Assembly: GCF_964355755.1 (NCBI RefSeq)
Contig: NC_092672.1
Coordinates: 16,058,001 to 16,122,000, forward strand
Length of the DNA: 64,000 nucleotides
Origin: Antedon mediterranea
Taxonomy: Eukaryota > Animalia > Echinodermata
Reading direction: 5' to 3'
The notes beneath the pieces were generated by a model that saw only the letters and a program-made list of their open reading frames with translations, ran no database searches and was not told where the DNA came from. Shown one piece after another: positions 51,188-64,000 of the stretch (its first letter is position 1; each line of letters starts with the position of its first letter). The translations under genes were made by a program, and so were the position numbers.

Positions 51188-54120
51188 TAAAAGATGATCA
51201 GAAATACTATTAATTACTAATCTTTTAAATGAAAAACATATCTACCCAACTTATCATTAGACAGTAATGTTATGCAATAATTGATGCTTAATGATTTCAT
51301 TATACTGTAGGAATTAAAACAAATCCTTTACTGTTTGTAATAATTGTACTTTTGCTTATAATAATGCTAGAAAGTATTGTTGACCCCCGAACGTTCAAAC
51401 ATTTTGAGAATGCTAGAAGTAATTTACTGTAGTTACCCGAATAAAATCCTCGGGCATTTATTTATTCAGGGAAGGTGTTTATTTTGTTGGGTGTAATAAT
51501 GGTAACATGTATAATCAAATATATACACCCCAGATATATATATAAAAAAAATATATATAAAATAAGAATAATAACGGGATTAAACCTCATTCTATCCTGG
51601 AGGAAGTACAATCATTTAATAAAAGGTATCGGAGACTACAATAATAAACCAAGTCATTGTCATTATTACGTAACACTGTTGCATAATAGTTTTGAATGTC
51701 AACGACAAAACTTATACATATACACGTCTGTTCCCAGTGTAGATAATAAAACAATATATATTTCTGGAGATTTATTATCAATACCACTAGAAACTTTGAT
51801 ACTGAATGCATTGACAATAAAAGCATCAGAAGTTTATCATGATAAAATCATACTACAACACTGTACTACAGTACACAAGGGTGTTTTCCGGAAAGCTGGA
51901 CATATTGTATAATAGTAATGAAACTATGTATTGGCATTTAAAACTATGCAAAAGATTGTTGTCAAATTGTAGTTACAAACAAATAGATGATAGAATGAAG
52001 ATCCATTATGAGTGCAATCGTGTCAGGATAATGATGTGTCATTGTTTTATATCATTATACTGGCACCTGGAGGAGAAGATCCATTTAATGGAATCTATCA
52101 CTTTTATTTTAAACGACAGAAACATTTCGTTAAAAAGCATAAAGAGGAAAACGAATCATGTAAAGTACCTTTTATCAGTTGAGAAACGAAATACAATTAT
52201 TAAAATTAGAGTATTCCTTCAAATAAACGCCACCATTCCCTCCAATAGAACACCATGTGGAATAAACGCCCCGCCACATGCATTTACAGAATAATTGTAT
52301 CACGTCAACACATTTCATTAACTACCATAATCTACAATTTACCAAGCATTTTGACATAATTTTATCACTTTTTGATATTAATTGTGCAGTATTTTAGTAC
52401 ATCTAGGTGGTATTTATTTGATTATACATGTTACCATATTATACCCCAAATAAAGATGCCTCCTTTCCCCCTAAAAACCCTTTTGAACAATAAACGCCTG
52501 GGGCGTTTAATCGGATACATATGGCAAGTTACTTCTAGCATTCTGAAAAGAACTGTTGAGCTTAACGTTTCTATCAAAATGTCCTCGGGGACAGCAATAA
52601 CTAGTACTTGAAATTAAAACAATTTAAAGTATCAGTTATTGCATAACATTACTGTCTAAGGATAAGTTGTGTAGATATGTTTTTTGTTTGAAACATTAGT
52701 AATAGTATTTCTGTTCATCTTTTAACCACATTTTCTATTACAATGAATGTAAATATGTATATTTCGAACAATTTGATACCAAATTTAAGTTTCTACGACC
52801 TGTACTTACAGAGATATGAAGATGCCCTGGTATGTGGGTCAAAGGTCAGAAATGGCATTTCTGATCATTTTTGACTAAAATGCCCCATTAGATGGAATAT
52901 AAATGCATGCCTTCTGAACATTTTGAGACCAAAATTGACTTGCTGCGACCAGTGGTTGCCGAGATACAAGTACCTTTTTTTATTTGTTCAAATAACCCTT
53001 GACCTTGACCCTTTGACCTTTTGTAACATTTTTCAAAATGTGTAACGAATAACAAAACATATATTTCGAACAATTTAAAACCAAATTCAAGTGTCTATGA
53101 CCAGTAGTTACGGAGAAACATATATGCCCTGGGTTGTGGGTCAAAGGTTATAAATGGCATTTCCGGTCATTTTTTACTAAAATGTGCCATTAGACTGAAT
53201 ATAAATGTATACCTTCTGATTAATTTAAGACCAAAATTACCTCGTTGTGACCAGTGGTTGTTGAGATTTAAGGACATATTTATGTTTGGTCTTATGACCT
53301 TTCACCTTGACCTTTTGACCTTTCGCCACATTTTCAAAATGTGTAACCAAGCCAAATATGATTGTTTGACCACCCTAAACCAATTTCTGAAGTCAAATTC
53401 TCTGGACCTCAAAACAAAGTGCATACGAAAGTTGATCTAGCTACTAGAGTATATTAAATGGGATTAACTAGTACTAAAGCGAAAAAAAAAATAGATTTTT
53501 TAAATTTGAGTGGCCATATGGTGACGTCAGAACATCCCGTAGGTTCAAATTTTACATGAATTGATATCTACTCATCAGCTTCCATAATACATTAAAAAAA
53601 ATTGGGGTAATCATGAGGAGCTATAATAATAAATAGGTTTATTTTTGCACAACTTCTAATTCACATGATTATTAAAGTTAAACATGCACGTACGTTGTTA
53701 TTTTGCAATTAAAGTTCATCAAAATGAATGAAATCTATGAAAAACAATAAAATTTCACGCGTAACTTACGCTGCACAACTCTAATGTCATATAACGAAGT
53801 TTCATGCACATCTACAGTTACAGATCAATCTTCTGACAAAGTTATACAATCTTATGTTGACAAGAGTTAGGGATACACTGCGAACAATTTGTGGAAAGAA
53901 GAATAACAAAGGGGTTATCCGCCAAGTGCGGATAACCAAAAAAAAGTTGATGATCTCATACAATCACAAGGAGTTATCCGCCAAGGTGCAGATAACTAAT
54001 AAATAATAGATCAACTTATTTATCGACAAATTTCTAATTACAGTAGCTATAAATAAATTTCTTTGTATAAACTCCTTCAATACAGAAGATATTCCTTTTT
54101 ACTTAAGACAGTGTACTCAC

Positions 54121-54429
54121 CAAATTCTGGTTTCAATGCAGTGATTATTCTGAAGACATAGTCTGTAGCTTCTTCCGTTTCAGAAATCTGTGGCATATCC
54201 TCAACACAATCTTTCCCCAAGTTGTTCTTCGATGTTTTCCTTTTTAGCTTTGGAAAGATTTTGCCCTTGCCTCTTTGTGACCAAAGAGGTGGGTCAAGTT
54301 GACCCCTGGGTAGTAGACCGTTTTCAAGGCAAGAAAGAAAGGCAAGTAGATGACCTCCCTTTGGGAAGTGAATTGGTGGAAATTGAACTCCATCTTGTCC
54401 AACGAGCACAAGTGTACCACCACAATCCG
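54121..54429 (-). CDS. SGSM: SGSM-family Rab GAP, most 5' internal exon found (PH-like/Rab-binding region)
   Basis: Translates [61 protein letters not shown]...[10 protein letters not shown], closely matching SGSM1/2 as I recall them; acceptor ttttcag, donor GTGAGT; 309 bp, phase 1 to 1. Confidence 0.95.
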
Positions 54430-55227
54430 CTGAAAAAAATATTATACTTTCATCATTGAGAATAAAACAAAATATACAGTACCATCCCGAAAACTATACC
54501 AACACTTTTTTTTCACGGAGGAATTTCAGACAAACGCAGTATAATTGGAAAAATAACTAAACTACGTAATTGTGATATTTGATTTAAGCAAACATTTTAG
54601 CTTGAAACATCATTTTATTTTCAATTAGAATGTCCTTTTTACTACACAAATTTCAATAAAAAATGGAAATAGTTTGATAAAGTATGTGGTATCGCTATCA
54701 TGCAATGCAGGCTGCAGAAATATTTCATGTATACGTACATCATGTCTCAAAATCGGCTGCCCGTTTCTTCTACGTAGGCCTAACTATAAACTGGATTCAG
54801 CATGTATAAAGTATGTGATAAACACTTTTCCTATAATTAAACATTCTAGATGATTGTATTAAGCTATATGCCTACATCTTTTAGAATATGTAATATTAAT
54901 CTATAATATAGATGTTTCACAGAGCTATAAATTCATGGTTTAACATACCGTATATACATATTATGATAGGCTAAACGTGCCAATAATTAAAAAAAAACAT
55001 TTGCCAAAAGAGCCTGCAAACTACAATTAACTATTTTAAACATTCTGATAAATCATGCACAATCATTAAATTTAAACTAAATGAATGTAGGACAATAATC
55101 GCCCGGACAACCACCAGGACAAAAAAAATCTGTATTTCATTTTTCATTTCATTTTATTGTTCCACATAAATATGACAAGACAAAGAAAAAAAAAGAATTT
55201 AAAAAACCTGTTATATATTATAAATGG

Positions 55228-55228
<1 letters not shown>

Positions 55229-55260
<32 letters not shown>
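55229..55260. repeat. (TA)n microsatellite
   Basis: Direct observation. Confidence 0.95.
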
Positions 55261-55263
<3 letters not shown>

Positions 55264-55967
55264 CCAAAGGCAAATTACTGAAAAAATGACAATGCTGTGG
55301 GTATCAGTGGCTGGATCTCAATGGAGATACCAAAAATAAAAGCGAAAAGCTAAATCAAAACGAGAAGTAAAACAGCCAGAAAAGTTAGCAGAGCTTTCGG
55401 ACAACACTAGCCCTTCATCTTTGTAATAATGTAGACACTCTGTATTCTTTTTTCTGAAATAAAAGATGAAAAAAAAAATACCAACCCATTATGGACTGTA
55501 CCATTCTTAGAGGTGTATGACAATATTAGGCGTTTGCTTTAAAAAAAAATAAATCTCTACAATAGAATGAGATTATATTGTTAATTCCTATTATATGCCT
55601 GAACTTTATTTAGTAGGGTGTTTACAGTGAATTTCAGTTGCAGTTCAATTTGCAGTATAATAGTAAAATAACTTTCTTATTTTCATAAAATATTTATAAT
55701 TATAAACAATATAGCTAAATACATGTACAGACGTATCACAAATAAAACAATAAATGAACATGCACTAATACCATTATGACACATCGAATCAATGGGAGAA
55801 GTCAGGAAGAAATAAAACAATCTTAAATTATTTTCATGTACATAATATACAGTACATATATGTACAGTATTAATATATATGTATTTTGATTATTCGTTTT
55901 AATTTAAGATTATATAAATGCAAAGAGTAATTTTTATTATTTTTTTGCCTTTATGATATTGCCTTTA

Positions 55968-56395
55968 TTAGTTATCCGCACTCAGCGGATAACTCCTTGT
56001 AACTGTCCTGTTTCATCATCTTTTTTTTTTTTTTCTGTATTATTCTTCTTTCTTTCTGTCATTTTTGTGCAGAGCGTATCTCTAAAACGTATAAAGTTAA
56101 CATTTTATAACTTTGTCAACATATGGGCAATCACGTGAAGTTGTGCTTTCCTATTTTTGAATGACGTCAGAGTTGCGCAACATGACTTACGCGCGTTTTT
56201 ATGAATTTCGCGTATTTAACATAGATCGAAAACCATATAACAATTTAAATTGAAACTTAGCAAAAGTCTAATTTATATCGTGTGCTAACGTTTTGTGCAC
56301 TAAAAATGGCATGTTGTACACGAAGTTACGCGCGCACGCGCGTTTAAAATTTTCAAAATGCGAAAAATCAATTTCTAATCAACTTTCTACGTGTT
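55968..56395. mobile_element. Helentron/HINE-like fragment
   Basis: ttattAGTTATCCGCactcaGCGGATAACTccttgt terminus; inverted homology to 48120-48560. Confidence 0.55.
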
Positions 56396-57864
56396 AACCT
56401 TATGATTTCTTTATTTATTCAGCGGATAACGCCTTGTATTCGTCCTGGATCTTTTTGGTTATTTGGTTATATTATTCTCGAATACACAGTACCGTAATTT
56501 CAGCGTAACAAAACTGGCGATTTCAAATACCGCAGGACTATAATACATTGTCGTTTACAGAAACGAATAAATAGACACGATGTTTTATGTAGTCAACTAA
56601 AATTAGCACCCTGGGAATTACTTCCGAAGGAGAAACTTATCACAAAATGAGTCCAGATTTTTTATTTGGACTCATTTAAAGAAACCCAATTTGTGTTTTG
56701 TATGTAACATTAGGATTGAGGGATGGGAAAGCGGATAAGTACACAGAGGAACAATTTTTAAATATATTCTTTATCCACTCAGTAACGAAATATTTTTTTC
56801 ATGTTTTTTAGGCCTATAAATAATATACCTCTAAATACAGTAAAACATTTGCGATTTAATACTTTGTTAAAACTGTCACTGTCATAATCGATTGAAATAT
56901 TAAAGTACATGTCACGATACACCACTACGACGTTTATATTTTTGGTAATTATTAATTAATATAAACGTTGAGAACGAACTGTCAGTATAAAGTTTATTTG
57001 TATATAATAATGTGTTTATATATCTAACAGTAGAGCCTATCCACAATCTCAGTAATAAAGTTTATTTGTATATATTTTTATAATTACATCTAACAGTATA
57101 CGAACATTCACAGTAAGAAATGTTCGATTCAAATGAGGACCAAAAATAGTTGGTATTTACAGTATTGTCAAAGTATTGCAAGTTTATTCTCAAAGGGCCC
57201 ATATATTTACCTACCGTATGTGTTAAACCAAGGGCTCATAAATTTACCTACTTGTGTTAAACCAAACTCTGGCAGACTGAGAGATTGGGATGTTCCATTC
57301 ATCGCAAATCAATACATTTGTATAATCGTATATTAAATCTATCAAAATAGTATTTTTTTAAAGAAAATCGGCCTGTCTTCAACATTATGATGCTGTACTC
57401 GAGCTGTTCAACCGGTTTTCAGCGATTAAAAACAATTATCGTAGGAGGAGATAGGAAAATGCGAAGCATCCTCGCATTATTGTATGCGGGTATTTTTCAA
57501 GATGGACATGCATTAGACAGTGTATACCACGATCGGAAAACACCCCTATTTGGAGCAAATCGTTGAACCTAAATTCGTTTTAATCGTCAATAACTAATTA
57601 TCGAACTCAATTTAATTAGTAAACAGGGTTGCATCAGGTGGTTAAAATCAGTATCGAAAGTACGAACCAACTTTATATACCATCGAGTAAACATTCTAGA
57701 AATAACGCGCGATTTACCGAATTTTGCCCTTACGTAAATTTATATATAGATGACGAAGCTGGTACTGTACTTAGTAGACCGACTAGGCCTAGATAAATAT
57801 AACTATTTATTTTTTTAAAGAAAATTGCGTCCGGTTACCAAGTGGTGCCTAGGTTGGGCGCTTC

Positions 57865-58130
57865 CGATGATCTCCTTCCGGATATCCTTGTCACGTATTC
57901 CACAAACTATTCGATCGCGTATAGTCTTTTCTTTAAGATTTCCAAACGCACATTTTGAAAATCTTCCCCTTGCTGTTGGTTTGTTGTATGGAATTGGTAA
58001 AGCTCGAAAATTACATTTGACTGGCCATGCAGTATGCTTACAAAACTTTTATAATCTCGTCAATGTTCTGTGTGCTTGCCTCACTGACGAAAGAAAATCT
58101 CTTTTGTAATTCGAGAACATTAGCCCCTTT
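57865..58130 (-). pseudogene. Gypsy/Ty3 gag remnant
   Basis: Minus-strand translation VIFELYQFHTTNQQQGEDF...CAFGNLKEKTIRDRIVCGIRDKDIRKEI with stops and frameshifts. Confidence 0.7.
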
Positions 58131-58204
58131 AGTCCCACAGATCCCGGAACACAATCCAGTTAGATTTGGGATCTCCAGTCAATTTAATTTAATTTAATAT
58201 AAAG

Positions 58205-58558
58205 GCTACCGTATTTGCCTACTTTACTGAACAGCATGCAGGTTGTCACTAGCTAGGCCTTGCCTAGACTTTTGAGGCCAGGCTAGCAGGCCTAGCAAGA
58301 TGTGAGGCCTAACTAGAAAAGTATAGTACTGTATATACAGGATGCGATGTTTAAATAAAGTGTAAAATATCAATGTTCTTGTATTTTCTATCTGCTTAAA
58401 TGCACGTGCATAGCTTGTCTCAAACACACAGCAGAATTCCTCACACACATATAGCCATAGCGTTGTTGTTAAATTTCCCCTTAATGTAAGTAAATGATGA
58501 CGTCATCGGTTATTTTAAGCGTACGTAAAATCCAGGGATCGTAAAATCCAGGGAACGT
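58205..58558 (-). mobile_element. Partial second copy of the 9355-11778 MITE lacking the Mutator-type insert
   Basis: Reverse complement joins about 10050-10352 directly to 11588-11665 through a single AGCCTGGCC. Confidence 0.8.
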
Positions 58559-61070
58559 CTAGTTGTTGAATTAGCAAACCTGAAATTCGATACTGAATTA
58601 AGTTTTGAATACATGCGGCAAAAGCAAATCAAAGTCTCACTACACCACTGATCCAATACATTCAGTAACCAGATCCTGATACATCACCAACTGCCACAAA
58701 AAGTGCCAAGCTCACTTCAAATGTCATCCACATATCGTCAATCTGAACCACATGAATGACCCTCGGAAGGGGATTAAAGGCCCAGAAATTAAAAATTTGT
58801 CAAAGCTACCATAAACCTGATTATGATACAGGGATAAAACGAATGGTAGTGAAAGAATACAGAACAAGCGAGTCGAATTATGTTACAACTGTCAGATGTA
58901 GGTTTACATTTGAAGACCTGTTAGAGATGTTTGTCAAATTTATTTATGAAAGATTGATCATCAAGGATATCAAGTGGTTGCAAGCACATTTAAACATGGA
59001 ATTTACATACTTGGAGGATCTAAATTGATATCGCTGCTAATGCGCTAAGTAGAAGTTCGCATTACGTCATGGGACGGATTAAAATTAAAGATGGAATTCA
59101 GAAAGATCAATACATTATTCGATTGGCAGTTCAATACTCATTTGTCCCATAAATGGAGTCGTCAAAACGCTTATAGTCTGAGAGATGAGTCGATTTAGTG
59201 CACATATTTTACCATTGGTCTTGTGTGAGACATATTTTGGTACATCTGAAACCCAATTCTTAAGTAATGCACTTTCTGGTCAGAGGTCAATGACATATTT
59301 CTTCACGCAATTTTACCAATATCTTTATTTTATGGCACAGTATTTGATGAAATGCTTTGAAATTGTTTTGGAATTAGGCTCAATGTAAAGTCTATGAATC
59401 ATACTACACATTAATTATCATTAAAAGTCATTTGAATCATTATTTTACAAAATATATGGAAAATAATCTAATTTTTCTATTTTTTTATTTTAATGAATAA
59501 CAAATATTTTTGTAAAATATGCTTTATTTATTTTCAAACAACTTTTAAAAACTGCCCTAACTATATGGGAGTGGGTATCAAAAAGAAATTTTAAATTGCG
59601 TTACAATTAGAGCTTTTATATGTAAAATACTGATTTTATTCATTTTTGGGTAAAAATCGCAAAAAAAAAATGCTATCTCATAAACTACTTGTAGCAGAAT
59701 GCTAAATCATACATTAAATGAAAGCCAATGATAATGTTTATATTCACTGTAATAACATTTTTTGTCACAAATTTATCATTGTCCAGTATTTATTTAGTAA
59801 CTAGTGGTATTTAAGAGAGGTTGACTTCAAATATCAACCTATTTCATTAAAAAAGTGGCCAAATGCCAAAAAATGGATTTTCTTCATACTTTGGTAGTTA
59901 ATCACACTTTAGGTAAATATAACAGAACTGAAATATTTTTGGAAAAAAAATGGTTGCCATGGTAACAGGTGTGTGATTTTCCCCCAAAAAATTCACAAAT
60001 TTTACCATTTTGGAATGTGAATTTTGCCCTTAATTAGATATGGTATGAAAAAGAATTTGTGAATTGTTTTGTGAAATCTTTTTGTACCAATCTTGCTCTA
60101 ATGTAAAGGCTGGTTTCCTGTCTGACGTAATAGTCAGTATTTCCATATACCTCCATGGTATTTCTAACGTCAGTTACGATTGTTACATCGTTTTTTCGTA
60201 AGAAACCAACATTTGACAGAAAACCGTTTACGAAAATATTTTGGTTAATTTGCATAATCAAGTACGGTACATAAATGAAACCAAGTGTTAACTCCTGTAC
60301 CTAGTCTGCTTAAGAAAGTCACTAATTAGCGCTAATTAACATTTTAATAAGCATGATCGAGTACATTGATGAAACATTAGAACGTACAATTAAAAGTACG
60401 TTAAACCAACTAAAAAAATTCTTAAGAGAAGGTCAAAGGTCAATATATGTCCCACCTAGACTTAATTAACATAATGAGTACACATGTGAAACCAATGCTA
60501 AAATGTTTATTTTTAGAGTCTAATTAAAAATCCGTCATTCTTAAAGGAGGGTTCCGGGTTTAAAATGAATAGTAAAAAATATAAAATATATTTGTTTGTC
60601 TCTTGAACGGTAACAGTTTCAATTTATATAAGCGCCCAGTGAAGCAGAACGAAGTGCAGCTAAGGCAAAATCACACTGTGGTTACAGAATAGGACATTCG
60701 TGAAATGGTCAATCTTCTGACGACTCGTTATCATTAACCATATCAATTACTTTTGTAGAAGTATACCTATCTGATGTAATTTTAGTCGGTCTTCCCATTT
60801 ATAAAGTCAATTTTCTATGAAAATTCATCACAATTGTGTAAAATCATTTGGAGATTCAGTTTACGTTTTCCGATTTTCGCACTGACTTAGGGAAAAGCCT
60901 TCAAAATCAATGAAGCATAACGTATACTGTACATTCCTGCTGAGGAGCGAGGCAACGATACACATGCTCTCTGCCCATGCCTGGCATCGTCACGTGATAA
61001 GCAGATACAGTATACAATACCAAACTGGTCGGGTCAAGTATACCCCGTCTATAATCACAACATGAACGAT

Positions 61071-62412
61071 CATGGATTAAAGAATAGAAGGATATGCATC
61101 GACGTGAGATCAAGGGTTCCTTGACTCTCGCCGACAGACCGCGGACCGCCCACAATCAGTTTAATTAACCGCATGGTAACAACGAAACGGTCGCGTGCCT
61201 AATATATTGTTTACTGCACATGTGCAACGATATTTAACCTTGTTGGCTACGCTTCTTTCGCGCGTTCTTTGGTGGCATGATGTTTTAGCGCTACTTAGCA
61301 ACAATGGTGATGAACAATTTATACGACGACGAATTTAGTTATAACCTTTCTGATGAGGAATTGTAGATGCTATAATTGTAATTAGTATAGGTTTCTGCCG
61401 CGATTGATCTACGCTAATGTTTTTATGACATTAAAGTAGCATTTTATGACCTGTAGTAGCCCTACATCTGAGACAATAACTATTTGTTGTCTCAGCCTAC
61501 ATGTAAAATTACAAAATCAGCAAGGATACTAGGCCTTCTAGGCTTACTAGTAAACCATATGATTTGCCGACATTGATACTGCCTAGGTAGGCCTAGGCTA
61601 ATCTTAAGTGTAGTAGATACAACGTGTAATCATGATCTATATACTCACCGTTGTCTTACTTCTTGTGTGAATAAAAATAGGTACTTCGAACGTTTGTTCG
61701 TAATTAAGTTTGCCCTGCGTGTACTTTTCAAAACGACCGCTAGGTAACGAATCGCAACTATACATAGCCAGCCAATCCCAGATCAGGGATCGCTGTTTTC
61801 ATTCAATTAGACCCGGTGATTGGATGTGATGTGGATGACATAACCACTAGCCAATCACCAGGCACTACCATTTAAATATAATCACATCGATAATTAAAGA
61901 GATTTATGAAGAAACCACTGCTTAGCCATATATTAAAAACACGATTGTTGTATGGGTGAATACCGGCCACGCAAACAACATACATGGTCAAATGCATAAT
62001 TTAATATTCTATAGATTAACGCAATTTTTAATGACAGAAGATGGCAGGCAAATAATGATAATTCAAATATAAAAATTTTTTATTAACATTACCAACTACT
62101 TAAAATTACCAGTCGTAAGAAAGTGAACTTTTCGTAGTCCGATTGTGATCGGAAACTAAAACAGAATTATTCAGCAATATATTTTTGTTCAATAGAACAT
62201 TCAGACTGCGCATACGATTTCTACATGGTTACGTTTTGGTCTAAAAAAATTTAACAGTTGATTCGCAGCGTTTTACAGAGGGCCGCGGTTAGAGACACGG
62301 AGTTCAATGAACGTGTTTGTTTGATTGGCAGCAGTGCTTTAGTATAGGCAAGCGCGTTGTAAAATCGTTTGATGTCACCGTCGATGCATATCCTTCTATT
62401 CTTTAATCCATG
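61071..62412. mobile_element. Non-autonomous P-superfamily element
   Basis: 34-bp perfect TIR CATGGATTAAAGAATAGAAGGATATGCATCGACG; CA...TG termini; 7-bp TSD GAACGAT (61064-61070, 62413-62419). Confidence 0.85.
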
Positions 62413-63029
62413 GAACGATGTACAGTATTTGATTGAAGGTCGACTCGACCTACCGGAATGGTATAGATAATATAGCTCGAATGAGAGAGTTGGAATATTT
62501 GTAAACATAAGTATTGCTTATTTTAACAAGTGTATAGCCTATAGTAAAAGGCCTGGTAGTATCAATTCGCAGAGGGTCTACTACACTAGCTAGCTCAATG
62601 TTTAACTGGGCCGGATTGGCTAGGCTAGGTCTCCTTTCTACTACTACTTAGCCAGGTCTACTTGCGTGATGCAGTATTCGCTTTTTTGTAGAGTAAACTA
62701 TTTTAGGCCTACTTAGACGATCGGGACACCATACGTGCGGACGGCGATCGGACGTTGTTTTGTCTCAATAACGTTTTAGGTTCAGATTGTTTAGGAGTTT
62801 GGTTGATAGGATGGGATTGGAATCCACTGAGTTTTGTTATTTATGGGCCAATCGTCTAGTAGGCTAGCTAGGCCAATGGGCCCCAATGTTTTAACGTAGC
62901 CATCGTGGCATGGAATCCCTAGTCAGATGGCTCTCACCTTATATTGGCGAAAAGTCGGGTGGCTATAGGCCGGGTGCCAAAAGGCCAGGTGGCAATGGCC
63001 TGGAACCCATGTACTCGCTATGAATACAG

Positions 63030-63130
63030 GTCAACCCGTACCCATGCGAACTCGTACCCACATTTTGGCTTACTCGTACCCAAAATTTTGGCTCACCCGT
63101 ACCCATCATTGGCTGGCCCGTACCCAAGTT
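63030..63130. repeat. Cluster of five C(C/T)CGTACCCA motifs (likely transposon subterminal repeats)
   Basis: Direct observation; irregular spacing of about 16-23 bp. Confidence 0.6.
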
Positions 63131-64000
63131 TAATGCTATTTAAAGTATATTTATATATTACAGTTAAACCCAGTTTTATTACATTTTTAGATCATATGTT
63201 CGATATTATAATGGCAAAAACTATTTACCAAGTATAATTTATGTACAGACTCGTACGAAAAAAGCACAGCTTTCATTGTATTTGGGTCGTAGTTAAATTA
63301 ATACTTGAGGGCGCTGTTTTACATGGAAGATGTCAGTGGTCGGCTGTGCTGCATTCTATTTTTTTTCCATTTATGAATAGTTATTGATCTATTATTTACT
63401 ACGAATAGCCTGTACATGGAAATTGAAATACCCACTAGTCGTGATGATGAAAACTTGAATTTATTTTATACATAGTTTGTATTTTCATTTTATTTTACAG
63501 ATAATGAAGTAATGTGCTTTTTGAAAATCATTTTAAAAATGGTTTTTGTTGTTTTGTTTTGCAAGTTTTGTTTTAACATTTCGAAAATATTTAATAAATT
63601 TTTAAGTAGTCACTCGTATTTTAAAATCACGAAACTATTTAAGTGGATACCAGCCTCATTTTTGCTGCTAAGGACCATTTTAGAATAATGAATCTAAGTA
63701 GATTATTGCCGTTTTTAAAACAAATTCCCTAGGACATGATGGATGTGAGAATAATAATAAAAGGTAGCCTCCAATAATTTAACATTTAATTACAAACGAC
63801 AACATTTGCTGTTATTACGTTTTCATTTTATAATGATTATTACTGTATTATTATGACTAAAAACCGAAATAAATACTACTAAAACTAAAAAAAAATCATC
63901 TTATCGCTGACAGATACGTAAGTACTCAGACACGTGTAGGTAGGCCTTCAGAACGTTTATATTATTTTAGTAAATAAGACGACATCCGTTGCCATGGAAA

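Larger units (their letters stand above)
48838..53451. mobile_element. Long-TIR foldback DNA transposon, non-autonomous (Academ-like)
   Basis: TACTCTAGTAGCTAGATCAACTTTCGTATGCAC at both ends; about 1-kb inverted arms; 3-bp TSD TAT; removal restores ctctattaaatg as in the host repeat near 47740. Confidence 0.8.

Noticed and set aside
51475-52294. 145- and 151-aa ORFs as the transposase of the foldback element
   Set aside because: Low-complexity translations of AT-rich repeat; homologous segments elsewhere in the window are not open in a consistent frame.
55224-55267. TGGATTTA(TA)nTAAATCCA palindrome as another P footprint
   Set aside because: No CA...TG termini and no 7-bp TSD; may be decayed but cannot be supported.
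58756-59028. 90-aa ORF as a gene or transposase fragment
   Set aside because: No recognisable motif or splice context.
63030-63130. CRISPR-like array of CGTACCCA repeats
   Set aside because: Repeats are only about 10 bp, spacers are short and related, there are no cas genes, and the context is eukaryotic.

Overview
AT-rich animal (probably marine invertebrate) genomic DNA, not prokaryotic. The window lies inside one large minus-strand gene, an SGSM1/SGSM2-type RUN/TBC-domain Rab GAP. Ten internal coding exons were reconstructed by hand (54429 down to 12729) with GT-AG sites and consistent phases; the 5' exons and the last coding exon were not found in the window. The introns are filled with often nested transposable elements. 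Retroelements: a decayed BEL/Pao LTR element with three LTRs, an L2/CR1-group LINE with an intact RT ORF splitting an RTE-type LINE, a Penelope element split by a CR1-group LINE, an RTE with an 11-bp TSD beside a hAT fragment, and a Gypsy gag remnant. Non-autonomous DNA elements show hallmarks of Sola3, Kolobok, Mutator, Tc1/pogo, PIF/Harbinger, Academ-like, P and Helitron/Helentron. The most unusual signal is a set of 14-44 bp CA...TG micro-insertions with 7-bp target duplications that look like P-transposase excision footprints, alongside a 1.3-kb P-type element with the same hallmarks. All superfamily and homology calls rest on motifs recognised by eye, not on database searches.
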